A stretch of 64,000 nt of DNA from assembly GCA_965112155.1 (NCBI GenBank), contig OZ218102.1; one strand, 5' to 3'. A program made the position numbers and the translations under genes. Positions 35,813-49,031 of this stretch are shown here, piece after piece. The notes beneath the pieces are model-generated. The model searched no databases and had not been told where the DNA came from. It saw only the letters and a list, made by a program, of their open reading frames with translations. The DNA is from Podarcis liolepis (Eukaryota). The first letter of the stretch is position 1. Each line of letters opens with the position of its first letter.

Positions 35813-36342
35813 CTGAATAAAAGATCATGCATTATTTCTGTGCTGCATAAAGCATACTTGTCCAACCTTTACTTATTTTTGAAAGAACCCAAAGCCTGCA
35901 AGTTCAAAGATTTCAGTTTTCAACCAACAGAATTAGATACTAAATTTCTTTATTTAATTCTGTTTCTTTTCACAAGATGGGCAAAGGTGGACTCAAGTTT
36001 GCTATGAGGTATGTTCTTAAAGAAGAATTCATTTCTTCAACTGGCCATTTTGGACCAGTATACTACTGAATATACAGACAAGGCTGAACTAAAGTAATCA
36101 TCTGAATAACTGCTACATATGCAATCCACGTAATCAAGAACAGAAATATAATTCAAACCTATTTTCAAGCTGTTAATTCAGAAGTATATACTTATAATTT
36201 CAACGTAATTTACTCTCTACTATGGACATCTAGGGTAACAGCCTTAACATTCTTATTCTGCATGAATTCAGGAAACTTCACTTAAATTTGTAGACAGATA
36301 TCTAGTTATAAACATAAAATATATTATATAGTGTGTATGTTA

Positions 36343-36705
36343 AAAATTTAAAGGTACCCCTGACTGTTAGGTCCAGTTGTGGACGACTCTGGGGTTGTGC
36401 ACTCATCTCGCTCTATAGGCCGAGGGAGCTGGCGTTTGTCTGCAGACAGTTTCCGGGTCATGTGGCCAACATGACTAAGCTGCTTCTGGCAAACCAGAGC
36501 AGCGCACGGAAAAGCCATTTACCTTCCCGCCGGAGCGGTAACTATTGATCTACTTGCACTTTGACGTGCTTTCGAACTGCTAGGTGGGCAGGAGCTGGGA
36601 CTGAACAATGGGAGCTCACCCCGTCATGGGGATTTGAACTGGCGACCTTCCGATCGGCAAGCCCTAGGCTCTGTGGTTTAGACAACAGCGCCACCCGCGT
36701 CCCTC
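36343..36705 (-). mobile_element. Full-length Sauria SINE with a 14-bp TSD
   Basis: GGGACGCGGGTGGCGCTG head on -, TACCTTT tail; TSD tagtgtgtatgtta at 36329-36342 and 36706-36719. Confidence 0.95.
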
Positions 36706-37312
36706 TAGTGTGTATGTTACACATTGCCTATATTAAGGCTAGCTAACATTTTTTTGCTCAAGGGCCACATTGATATTTAACTACCCCTCTGAGGGCCATG
36801 GTATACACATGCACTTCCATACAGCTCACATATGGACCAAACATACATGCACCACCACATATGTATACATACCATGCTCACCAGTTCTATACACAACTCT
36901 CTCGTTCTCTTACACACACATAAACACTCAGTATTTCCAGCCTTTCTTATTCCAGCACTGGTGTAGTAAAGGCTGGAAACACAGCCTTTTATTTTGCCCC
37001 TACCCCTGTGCTGGAGTGGAGGAATATGCTGCCTTTTGTTCTTAAAAAGCAGGCAGAGAGCTTCATCTCTGATCTTAGTCTTGGGCTTAGAATGGAGACA
37101 GAATCCCAAATTTTCTGATTTTATCTCATACCTTTAAGATCCTATCTAAAGAACAGGTAGAGAAATTTTATCTCCTGATCAGATTCAGAGACAAGCTGTG
37201 GAAGCTAGTGAGCCACTTCCTATGGGTTGGTGGGGCAAATCCAGCGCATGGGCTGCAAGCTAGCTACCCTGATCTGTATCTCTATGTTACTAATAGAATT
37301 GTTGACTCTTAC

Positions 37313-38752
37313 TTGTAAAGATATTGATCCACTCTCCTTGTTTTTAGTGAGGAAACTGGAAATGGACAAGTTCAAATCAATGCTGCTGTTGTCAGCAGTG
37401 GAACCTCTGCCTGAATCTGTATCATTTTCTTTAGTGCTTTCAGAATCAACATGATGCGAGTTTTCAACACTATCCTGATTGCCAGATTTATCTTCTGCCT
37501 CATTTTCTGCAGAGCTAATGCTAATATTGGGTACCGGAGAAACCTCATGTTCATGCATCTGCTTGGCTGCAGAATCTTCAAGCTTATTTTCAACTGGCAA
37601 ACCACTGGAAACTGCTGATCGGTCTGTGTCCATTTGTATATTATTCTCATGCTTCTCCTCAGCTCTGTTTTCTACTTTATGTTCAGGTTCTGCAATTTTA
37701 TCCCCTGGTGCAATGTTCCTTTCCTCAGTGCTTGCCTCTTCAGTATGCTTTTTGTCTGCTGGCTTATGCTCAATGTTGTCTGCTCTTTCTGAAACACTGA
37801 CCTCTGTTTCCTTTGTGCTGCTTGTCTTCTTTGAATCGTCATTGTATCCCTCAACTAACTGCTGATCAGAATCTACCATTTTCCTCATTTCTGAGACTTT
37901 CTCAGAAGCATCCTCAGCCAGGCACTCTGCTGGCTCCTGAGCATTTTCAAGCACTTTATCTACATCAGTGACCAGATTGTTGCCAGTACTGTCAATCTCT
38001 TGTGGACTACTGGTACCTTCTTTTATTTGCTTCTGTGGTTCATCAGCTGTCTCAGCTATGACCTTCACCTGTGATTCCTCAGTACCTGCAGTAACTTCAT
38101 TTTTCTGACTTTCGGCCTCTTTCAGATTACCCTCTTTGTCATCCCCTTGCAATTCCTCAACCTCTTTAATTCCTTCGGTAGGCTTTGCCTCTTCCATTTC
38201 ATTTTCTTGGAGGTTTGTGGTACTTTCTTCTTTCACACCAGCTGCTTTAGAGACTGCATCTGTAATTTCTGCACTGCTGCCTCCATCATCAGGAATTGTT
38301 TCTTGTTTGTTTTCAACCGTTGATTCATTTGTGAAGTCCTTTCCTTCCTCTGTTTTTAGACTGGGCTCAACGTTAGTTTCAGATGCTACTGTGCCAATCT
38401 CCTTTTCCTCTTTCTGTGACTCTGTGTTTTCACTTAATCTTGAATTTTCAATTGTCTTCTCAGTCTTCTTTGCTTCCTCATCTTTATGGAGCAATGCAGA
38501 TCCATTCTTCAGTTTTTCAGTGTCTTCTTGTATGGTGCCACTCGTGCTTGCAGTGTATTTCTCCTTTTCATTTTTGTCAGGAGTCACACTTGTTTTTTCA
38601 CCTTCAGGTGCACTAGTACTATTCTGTTCTGTGGATGAACGCTCTGTTTTTTCAGAAACAGATTCCAGAATACTGGCATTCTGTGAAAGTTTATCCTCTT
38701 CGGAGCTGGCAATGCTGAGGTCAGATGAGGCTCGTTTACTTGCAGGTAACTG
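37313..38752 (-). CDS. SLK: SLK exon 9 (1440 nt): acidic low-complexity linker QLPASKRASSDLSIASSEED...SIDLNLSISSFLTKNKESGSISLQ
   Basis: Long open frame with conserved ends; TAGCAG acceptor and GTAAGA donor. Confidence 0.97.
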
Positions 38753-39342
38753 CTAAAATAGACACACAAAAAACTGATTAGCTATACAATGCTGTAATAA
38801 GGAAATAATGCTATCAAAGTTTTATATCAACCAATGGGGAATTTAATGGTGATTACAGGGCAGAAGTGACCTGTTCCTTTTTCCTCCCTACTGTGGATTT
38901 TCCTAATTTACTGTACTGATAGGAGGGGGAGAAGTAATCACTGACTCCAGAGCTGGCAGAGGTTTTATCTTATCTGGGACACGCTGGAGGAATGGGAGGA
39001 TCCCATGGTCCTCCTCCCGCTGGAACACTAACTAGAGAGGACTAATGGCAACAGAGATTTCTTCTGCCACAAAGGGGCCTTTGACTGTGGCTCTCCCTTC
39101 TCTGACCATGGAAACGGTTCCATGGCATCCTAAGGAAGCTTACATTTACTTACTTTGCATTTTACATTGGCATCTTAAAGAAAATTGTGTGTAATGCAAC
39201 AGAAAGCGTGTCAGGACATCTTATAAAAGGCAATTAGCATTGTATCTCTAAGCTCAATTACATGAAAGATCAATGGAAATGAATACAATTCATAGCTGTA
39301 AACTGCAGCACAAGTTAAAATATTTTTGATATATTTATTTTA

Positions 39343-39501
<159 letters not shown>

Positions 39502-40893
39502 TTAATCAAAATTAAAAACCATTTAATAGCAACATATTTTATCACTTAGGGCCAGGTTATGGTCTGTTTTGTATCCAACTCAAAATAAAAAATAGAACAC
39601 TTAAAGGAAAATTTATACTGCTTACAACTTTTTTCTGTGCTATCTTGTTCTTCTATTTTCATGTCTAAGATCATTTACATTTATTTGAAATATAGTAAGG
39701 CTGAAGCTAAGAGTGTTTCTCTGGCAGATTATCTTTGCCTGGCCCCATTTCAGAAGTCTTTATTTTTAAATCTAATGTATTTTAGATGGGAACATGAATG
39801 AAGTAACATGAAACCAAGTCATATTCATCCTATTACATTTATTTAGGTTAGGTCCTTGTAAACTATGAAGGAGACTGCAGCTTCTGAAATACCAGGCAGT
39901 AATAAGCAAGGGCTAGAATCCAGAGGACCTATGCATAACCAAGGTCTGGATATACTTTTGTCAGAATGTCTGTCTTCTCCCTAGAACCATCCAAGTGCTC
40001 AAGCTCCCTTAGACATGAGAGCTTCTCATGATAATACCAGTGGTAAGGGAGAAGAGTAACAGCACAGTTTACCAATGGGTGCATGCTATTCACTCACTTC
40101 CCCAATGCCCTCTTCTAAAGATCTGCATGCCTACATTACCAGCTACTTTTAAAATCCAAAGCATGGCCGTTTGGACTAGCCCCCAGTGTCTCACCATCCC
40201 CCTTCCTGCTTTCCAAAGGGGATTACGGACCTGTCATCTTTTGGAACTGCTGCTTCGAGGAGCAGCTGAAAGGGGAGGTGGGGGAGCACTGCTCAAAGCG
40301 ATGGCTGAAAAGGCTTTCCTTGCCCTTCATGTTGGAAAAGTTTAAGGAACCCAAGCAGAGCCCTCTTTGCTTGTGCTTAGCGGCTTTCTGATCAGCTGAG
40401 TTTGGGGATGGGGGACAGAGACTGCAGGGAGGGTAGTTTTAAATTTTCCTCACAGTATTCCTTTCATTCCATCCTGCTGATTGGGAAAGGTTGTGTGGGT
40501 ATACTTGTCTGTGTGCCTCTGTGGTGCATGTTGGATGTATCTACAGTACATGTATATCTACATATCATACATATCTACGGTATGTATATGCAGGTTTGCA
40601 AAAGAGTGTAGAGTTGCCCTGTTTGTCACTAGAATGGCTCCTGGAAAACTGGTATTTTATTTTATGTTGCTTTTAGTATTTTTTACTGCAAGCACAGCAG
40701 TTTTTTAAAAAAACAAGTTACCGGTATTTGCTGCTTTTATCATTCTCTGGTTAGAAAAGTGGGGTATTAACCAGTTTGTGCTGTCTCCTAACTCTCTGGT
40801 GACCAATGGCAAATGGGAATGTTCTAAATAAAGTTAAAACATGCAAAGATTGAAAATTTAGCAGACTTTTAAAATAGTTCCTGTTTTAATTTA

Positions 40894-41049
<156 letters not shown>

Positions 41050-41212
41050 TCAATAAATACTATACATTAAGCACTACATACAAATTGAGTGATGTCATCC
41101 ATGTCATCAGAAGTATATAATGACTGTCAGATAAAAATAATTTCAGTACCGTCTACTTCTTGCCTGCTACCTCTTGTAAGATCCACAGTACACTGTTAAT
41201 AAGCTATTATAC

Positions 41213-41410
41213 GAGAAACGTGCTAAGAGGAAGGCACGCTTGGCAAATCCACAACGTGATCAACTCCCACCTGGGAACCAATGTCCTCAACTGTGGAAGG
41301 ATGTGTGGATCCAGAATTGGCCTCCACAGTCACTTGCGGATTCATTGTTAAAACCGTGTTTATGGAAGACAATCTTACTTGGCTATGAGTGATCGCCAAA
41401 GAAGAAGAAG
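41213..41410 (+). mobile_element. RTE-clade LINE 3' fragment
   Basis: C-terminal zinc-finger-like CGRMCGSRIGLHSHLRIH, short 3' UTR and (GAA)n tail. Confidence 0.85.
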
Positions 41411-41741
41411 ATACTTCAAATCATTTTAATGAAGATTGATGTCCAAGACTATTGTACTATTTTATTTCTATTGCACCACTATCTGCATCCTCATCTTGAG
41501 GCAAGCTCACTCTCCTCCGGTGATGTACATCTATATTTAACTGAAAGCTAGCCTAATTAATATCCAGCTAAGCTTGAAATGCCTATTTGCTTCTGGGGGG
41601 GGAAACAACATTTAACTCTTGAGGCCTAAGTGTGCTTTTTTTGCCAATTGACAATCTTAAAAATTAAGACAGCTCTATTATTCTGTACCTAGGTATTATT
41701 CTTGAAAAATAAAAATACCATAAAATAAAATAGAATAATCA

Positions 41742-41996
<255 letters not shown>

Positions 41997-42266
41997 TCAA
42001 CAGCGAGAAGAAATATATCCAAGGGGAAATATCTATCCCAGTTAAATGGAAATAATCAACATCATCAGAGTAGAGCCACTGAAATAAATGTATATAAATT
42101 ACTTTAAACCATTGATTCCAATGGGTCAGAGTATGACTAATCTTACATATAAATTAAGGTTAATAAAACCAGTAAATGCTCCAACAAAACAATATTATCA
42201 TTTTGTTTACTATACTTGTTTTTTTTAGATAAACAATTGTTTATAAAATGCAATATGCTGCACTCA

Positions 42267-42401
<135 letters not shown>

Positions 42402-43300
42402 TCATACCAATATACACTTTTACTTCAAACAGTGTCATTTATGTAAAAACATGTATAACACCACTCATTTGTCAAGAATATTCAACAGGTTTACAACAAA
42501 AAATATGAATTAATAGAGAAAGGATTAAGCTCATAAGTGATGAGAGCATAGTTTAACCTAGTGAGTAGATCTGTGACAAGTGAGGCACAGGTAGGGGCAT
42601 GACTGAACTCACAAATTGGAAGCTTGTACCTCCAATAGCACTGAGCTTCCTGGGCACTCTTCTCCAAAAGAATCACTTTAATCATGTATATTTGCATTGG
42701 TTTTATAAATCATTGAATGTTACTATAATGACAAAGATTGATTTTCTTGGGGTTCAAGAAGACAGAAAAATGGATGAGGTTTGTAGAAGTTTATATTTAT
42801 AATGGAATGACCAATATGCTCTGTGAACACTTAACTGTTATAGTTATGCATTTTAATTATTTGATTATATCGTTTAATATTTTGATATAAAATTCAGAGG
42901 AAAAGAGGCATAAAAGTCCACATCAACAGATATATGAAGGGAATTTATTCTACTAGTTACTACTAGCAAAGATGAGTATCCCCAATAAGCACTAAGCTGT
43001 TGTCCCCACTAACATCATGAATGCTTAGTAAAATTTAACACAACAGTGCAGTTCCACCTGAAGCCACACAATGGAAATGGGCTACTTCACAGTACGCGGT
43101 TAGAAAAATATTTAGGAATTTTGACGGAAATCTGCTTGCCCGAAGTAATTATTTTCCCTTCCTTCCACCCTGGGTTATTCTGGGCATTCTCCCAAACCTC
43201 CAGAGTGGATTTGGCGAAGGCTTGGAGATATGTGGGGGAAGGAGAGCCCTGCTGCATTAGCAGGAGTCCTTGTGCTGACTTCTGCTTATAAACTGGACTA

Positions 43301-43532
43301 CAGTGGTAACTTGGGTTACGAACTTAATCCATTCTGGAGGTCCGTTCTTAGACCAAAGTGTTCTTAAACCAAGGCACACGCTTTCCCTAATGAGGCCTCC
43401 CGCTGCCAGTGTTCAGCTTCTGTTTGTCTTCTGGGGCAAAGTGTGCTAACCGGAACACCTACTTCCGGTATTGCAGAGTTTGTTGTCCAAAGCATTCATT
43501 TACAGGACTGTTCGTAGACCGAGGTACCACTG
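43301..43532. mobile_element. Tc1/mariner-pogo (Tigger-like) MITE
   Basis: CAGTGGTAACTTGG...CCGAGGTACCACTG with TA TSDs. Confidence 0.9.
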
Positions 43533-44113
43533 TAGTTGAATCTGGCCCTATGAGTTTAAGAAGCCAGTTTGCCCATACTGAAATGTTCTGCCTAAAGATG
43601 CAAATAGTAAACGGAGCTGAGGAGGAAGCTGTTCCTCAGTTTAAGTCAATAGTTTCAATCTGGGAAGAAAAGAAATGTATGTCCATTCCTTAATCCCCAC
43701 ACATTCATGTGGATTTCCTAAAATGGCCTTTAAACATCTTAGTAGGCTAAGTTATGACCAAACAGCAAGAAGCCACCACAAAAAGCAGGGGTGAAAGGCA
43801 GACACTGCCCTGAAGATCTAAGCTCAAACTATGTTTAAAGATTTATTGTGAGAATGAAATAAAGCTATATATAATAATCTAAAAGGAGCCTAATAATCCA
43901 ATGAAACAAATTACAGCACAACGGAAGGCATTTGCTTGCTGGTACAAATATTCAAAATGCTGGAACTAAATAGGCACATCTTATTCCTTAAGACTAAAGT
44001 AAGTACTTTGGTATTCAATGAATAATTTACATATTGACTCCACTCCCACAGTATGTATTGAAAGCCAAGTACAAACAATTGTTTAAAAGTTGGATTAAAA
44101 ATATATTGCTCCT

Positions 44114-44295
44114 ATAAGGACATAACAGTCCTGCTGGATTAAGCCCAAAGACCCATGTAGTACAGCATTTTCATCTTACAACGGCCAACTAGATGCCTAC
44201 GAGAAACCTGCAAACAGAGACTGAGTGTAACAGTGCTCTCCTCACTTGACTTGTGATTCCCAGCAACTGGTATTCAGAAGCATGCCATTCATATT
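44114..44295 (-). mobile_element. CR1-related 3'-end fragment; a second copy lies at about 61945-62105
   Basis: cctgctggatt...cccatgtagtacagcat...ggccaactagatgcc...cagcaactggtattcag motif shared by both copies. Confidence 0.6.
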
Positions 44296-44775
44296 ATCTC
44301 AGTGGTTATTGCTTCTGACCAATCAAGGAATTCCATTGAGTGGACAGCTGGCGTTTTTATTTTCCCACATGGAAACCTTAGCTGATATGATGGGGTTTCT
44401 TGGCATGGCACCTGACCATGCAGAAGCAACAGCCACATTGTAAGGGTAGCATATGATTGAACCTTATCTGTGACTGCCAAATGCTGGGGTTTAAAAAACA
44501 GGCAATGAATATTGATAGCATGCCTTGATTATAATCTTCCCCAAGCATTTGGTAGCTCAGTACAATACGAAGAAATGGTCTAGCTATGTAGATCATTTAT
44601 CTGAACAAGTACAGGCATTTTAAAGTGTTTCTATGTGTGTCCCAAAAACATACCATGTCAGGCTTTAAGAAACATTACAGTATTCAGTACAAGTATTACA
44701 ATAGGCCCACCCATTCACTCTGAAATCCAAAGGAAGTTTGTCAAATGTAATTACAATAATTACTTAAATTGTTTA

Positions 44776-45042
<267 letters not shown>

Positions 45043-45322
45043 TCAGAATATAAAAACCATCATTTGCAGATTGCATTGATTCACATTTTTTAATAAACAT
45101 TTGCTTCAACCTGATAAGTCTTAAAAGCTGATCAAACAGAACAGGATTCTCCAACCTAGTGTTGATTACATGTGTTTGACTACAGCTCTTATCATTCCCC
45201 CAGTCACCTTGGCCACTGGAGTGAACAACTTGTAGTTCAACACAGTAGGAGGGTACGAGGTTGGAGAAAGCTAATGTAGAAGCCACTGTGTGAAGAAATA
45301 TAAAGAAGCACCACGAAGAATC

Positions 45323-45627
45323 AAAACAAAAATGAGAACAGGCTCTGATGCTTACTGGTCACATGACTTTTATTATAGTTCTATGTGTTTTGGAATGAAT
45401 AGTCCTTCAGGAACTTGAAAAACTTGCAAGCTCCTGAAATTATCACCCTAGCTATTCATTCCAGACACAGAATAAACCTGTTCAAAGTTGGTTGTTAAGT
45501 TCAGACTTTCCAAACAAGTACCTTAAAGTACTTACAAGCTTTTCAAGTTCCTGAAGGAGTATTTCAGAAACAGAGCTAAAATAAAAGTCTTGCAACACTA
45601 AGCAGTGGAACCTGTTTTCTTTGTTTT
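45323..45627. mobile_element. Inverted pair of Penelope-like terminal-repeat fragments
   Basis: Arms at 45323-45430 and 45533-45627 are reverse complements and contain ccttcaggaacttgaaaa(a/g)cttg. Confidence 0.6.
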
Positions 45628-45816
45628 AATGTAAACGCTATGTCATAGATATTTATATCCACAATAGTTCAAATGCTGTCTTGTTTTTCATTTTGCAGCA
45701 TTGCTGAATCATGATACTTGTGTGTACGTGTATGTTTGCTACTAAATACATTAAAATAAAACAGTTTAACTATAGATATTCTTATATATAAAATGTGTCC
45801 AGAAAATATATTAAAC

Positions 45817-45951
45817 CAGGCATGGGCAACCTTTACCCCTCACCCCCCAATGTTGCTGAACCACAACTCCCATCATCCCCAGCAAGAATGATCAATAGCC
45901 AATGATGGATAATTCAGCAACATTTGGAGGGTCAAGGGATCCCCATACTCT
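45817..45951. mobile_element. Short hAT-type MITE (ACAACTCCCATCATCCC family); other copies near 1020-1090, 8800-8870, 45150-45270, 55230-55325 and 59870-60008
   Basis: CAGGCATGGGCAAC start; internal palindrome tgttgctgaa...ttcagcaaca. Confidence 0.7.
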
Positions 45952-46624
45952 GTGGTGAGCAATCAGTTTCTTCCAAGATTCAAAGTGCTGCTACAGCCCT
46001 CATAAAATACTTTTAAGGTTTTTTTGTTTAAATTTTTGTTTAAATTTTTGTTCAAATTCAATCAGATTCAAGCATAACAAAATTCTAAAAATTAGCAGAA
46101 TTCCTACACTGTGAAAAAATATGTCCCACTGTTTTCCAAACTATTTTTTTATCTGGAGCACATTTCTCACATATCAGAACTGGCAACACACTTTCTTTTA
46201 CGCCTGAATTCTTTTATCTTATACACCCGTCAAAATGGAGGTGGCTGAGAGTGAAATAAGGGAGGTGCTGCAGAAGGAACAGTACTATTAAAGTTCCATA
46301 AATTATTCTGGCCTCCAGCTTTCCCATCAAAGCTAAAATGAGAGATAAGAATGGCCTATTGGGGAAGTTCAATAAGTCCTGCTGCTCTGGTAACTAGGAT
46401 GAAGTAACACTCTTTTGGGGGTTTTACTGTGGTTTTCAAGAGGTCTTGAAATGAACTCCTTTAGTGAGATCAGAAACTACTCTTTCCTTAAGGCCTTTCT
46501 TAGGAGTGACAAAAGCTTTTTATTTTGGAAGGATTTTAACTACTAAATTAATTCCTAGGGTAGATTTGGTAAGTAGTGTATTTTGTGTTAAATGTATACA
46601 AATGTTTAAAATCACAAGGACCGC

Positions 46625-46975
46625 CCGTCCCCAAATGAACCAACCTGAACCCTGCAATCCTCATTTGAGGCCCTTTTTTGCGTGCTTCTTCCATGGGAGG
46701 TCTGAAGGGTGGCAACACAGAGTGGGCCTTTTCTGCAGCGGCTCCCTGCTTGTGGAGGGAGGCTCACCTAGTGCCTTTGTTACGTACCTTTCGGCACCAA
46801 GCAAAACATTCCCCTTCTCCCAGGCCTTTTGCTAATTAAACAATCTGTGGCCTTTTAAACTGTGTGTGGTGTGGTTATTGTTTGTTTGTATGCTATTTTT
46901 TGTGTTTTTATATTGTAAACCACCCCATGATCCTCAGATGAAGGGCAGTGCAGAAAGTAGATAAATAAATAGACA
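46625..46975 (+). mobile_element. L2-like LINE 3' fragment
   Basis: gggccttttctgcagcggctccctgcttgtgg (RAFS..AP.LW) and terminal gatgaagggcagtg...ataaataaat. Confidence 0.7.
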
Positions 46976-47060
46976 GACAGATATTTTGGTACACAGTATA
47001 ACCAAACTGTTAATATGCAAAATTGTAGCTTTCTTTTGCAAAACGTAATATTGTACTTGC

Positions 47061-47109
47061 CCAACATTACTGCATCTACAGCACCACCAGCACAGAATTC
47101 AATCAGGAT
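47061..47109 (-). CDS. SLK: SLK exon 3 (49 nt): ILIEFCAGGAVDAVML, followed by a GC donor
   Basis: tatgcag|ATC...TTGG|gcaagt; the frame with exon 4 requires the GC donor. Confidence 0.95.
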
Positions 47110-48015
47110 CTGCATATAAAAAATAAAATAATCTATTTTTAAACTTCCAAGTATTGAGATTTAACTTTGGCTAGTCAGAGCACCGAAGATAAATCAAAAC
47201 TCCCCTAACCAAGGACTCAGCTAGATGGGTAAAGAAAAAGCTATTTTATGTGTTATATATGTGATATAACATTGTGCCACCAGATGGCGCTGTGGAGTCC
47301 TACTTAACCTGTTTTCCCTGTTTAAATTTACAATACATTTAACTGAAACACTCAAGTATATCAACATTTTGAGGCTTCTGATGTTTGACTAATCAGTCAC
47401 TCTCTCCTTTCCTCTTTGGGTTGTGAATGTTTGTTGATGACAAAAGATGGCAGGCTTTTACTGGCCATATTGCTTGCTTTCATTTATAGAAAAGAAGAAC
47501 TCTGCATCTGATATTTAGCAAGCAGCAACAATAGAAAACCTAGCATTTTGTTACTGTTACAATGTGTGGGCACACAATGAAAAACATTGCAATTCCTGTC
47601 CCAGACCAACCCTCAAACACTCTTTCTAGGGAGGCTATATGCTTAAATCAAATTGAGCAATGCTTATGGGCAGAACTGTCTATACCAGGGTGGGGAACCT
47701 CAGGCCCACCAGCTGAATGTGGCCCTCCAAGCCTCTTATCTGGTCCTCAGGGCTTTCTCTAGGTCTCACACCCCTCCCCTACAGGTCTAGAATTCTAAGA
47801 TTTAACAAATTGACCTTATAATATGCAACTCCCCCATTAGCTAAAATTTTAAGAAGGCAACAGACTTTGGAGGGTGGAAATTCCACGAAAATTCTGGAAA
47901 CCCGGGATTGAGGCTTATACCCCCATGGTTTTCTGAATGTAGTAAGCCACAGTAAACAAAGTGTGGCCTGCCTAGTGCAGGTCAGGCTCTCTGTGTATCT
48001 CTCCCCCACTTAGGA

Positions 48016-48362
48016 GGGTAAAGGGGACCCCTGACCGTTAAGTTCAGCCGCGGATAACTCTGGGGTTGTGGTGCTCATCTCGCTTTACTGGCTGAGGGAG
48101 CTGGTGTACAGCTTCCGGGTCATGTGGCCAGCATGACTAAGCCGCTTCTGATGAACCAGAGCAGCACACAGAAACACCGTTTACCTTCCCCCTTGAGCGG
48201 TACCTATTTATCTACTTGCACTTGACGTGCTTTCAAACTGCTAGGTGGGCAATAGCTGGGACCGAACAACGGGAGCTCACCCCGTTGTGGGGATTCGAAC
48301 CGCCAACCTTCTGATCGGCAGACCCTAGGCTCAGTGGTTTAGACCACAGCGCTACCCGCCCA
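48016..48362 (-). mobile_element. Sauria SINE
   Basis: Colinear with the 36343-36705 copy. Confidence 0.93.
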
Positions 48363-48728
48363 CCTGTCAGTTGGTGAAAATGATCTGTTCCTTTCACCTA
48401 GGCTGGCAAAAATAAAAGCCCAATCCATCACATTTGAGAGCATAAAGATTTTTACAATGAAAGGGCAAGATATAAGTACTCTTAAATAAATATATAAATT
48501 TAAAGTAAAATATCTTATTTTATGAATTGAGATCTCTAGCAAAAGCTTTTGCCTTAACAGCAAGCATATTTAGGTCTAAAGTTACACTCCAGAAGGTTTA
48601 AGCACCCTTTCCTCCACTGTCAACAAACTGTACATATGCAAACAAAAAGTACTAATTAAACACCCATATTGTACTGAAGTATTGTTTTGTCAAGTCATAA
48701 AGACACTGTAATTTCACATCTTTTCCTA

Positions 48729-49031
<303 letters not shown>

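Noticed and set aside
37227-38756. Long Ser/Phe-rich + strand ORFs (128 aa, 206 aa)
   Set aside because: Antisense shadows of the Glu/Lys-rich SLK exon 9
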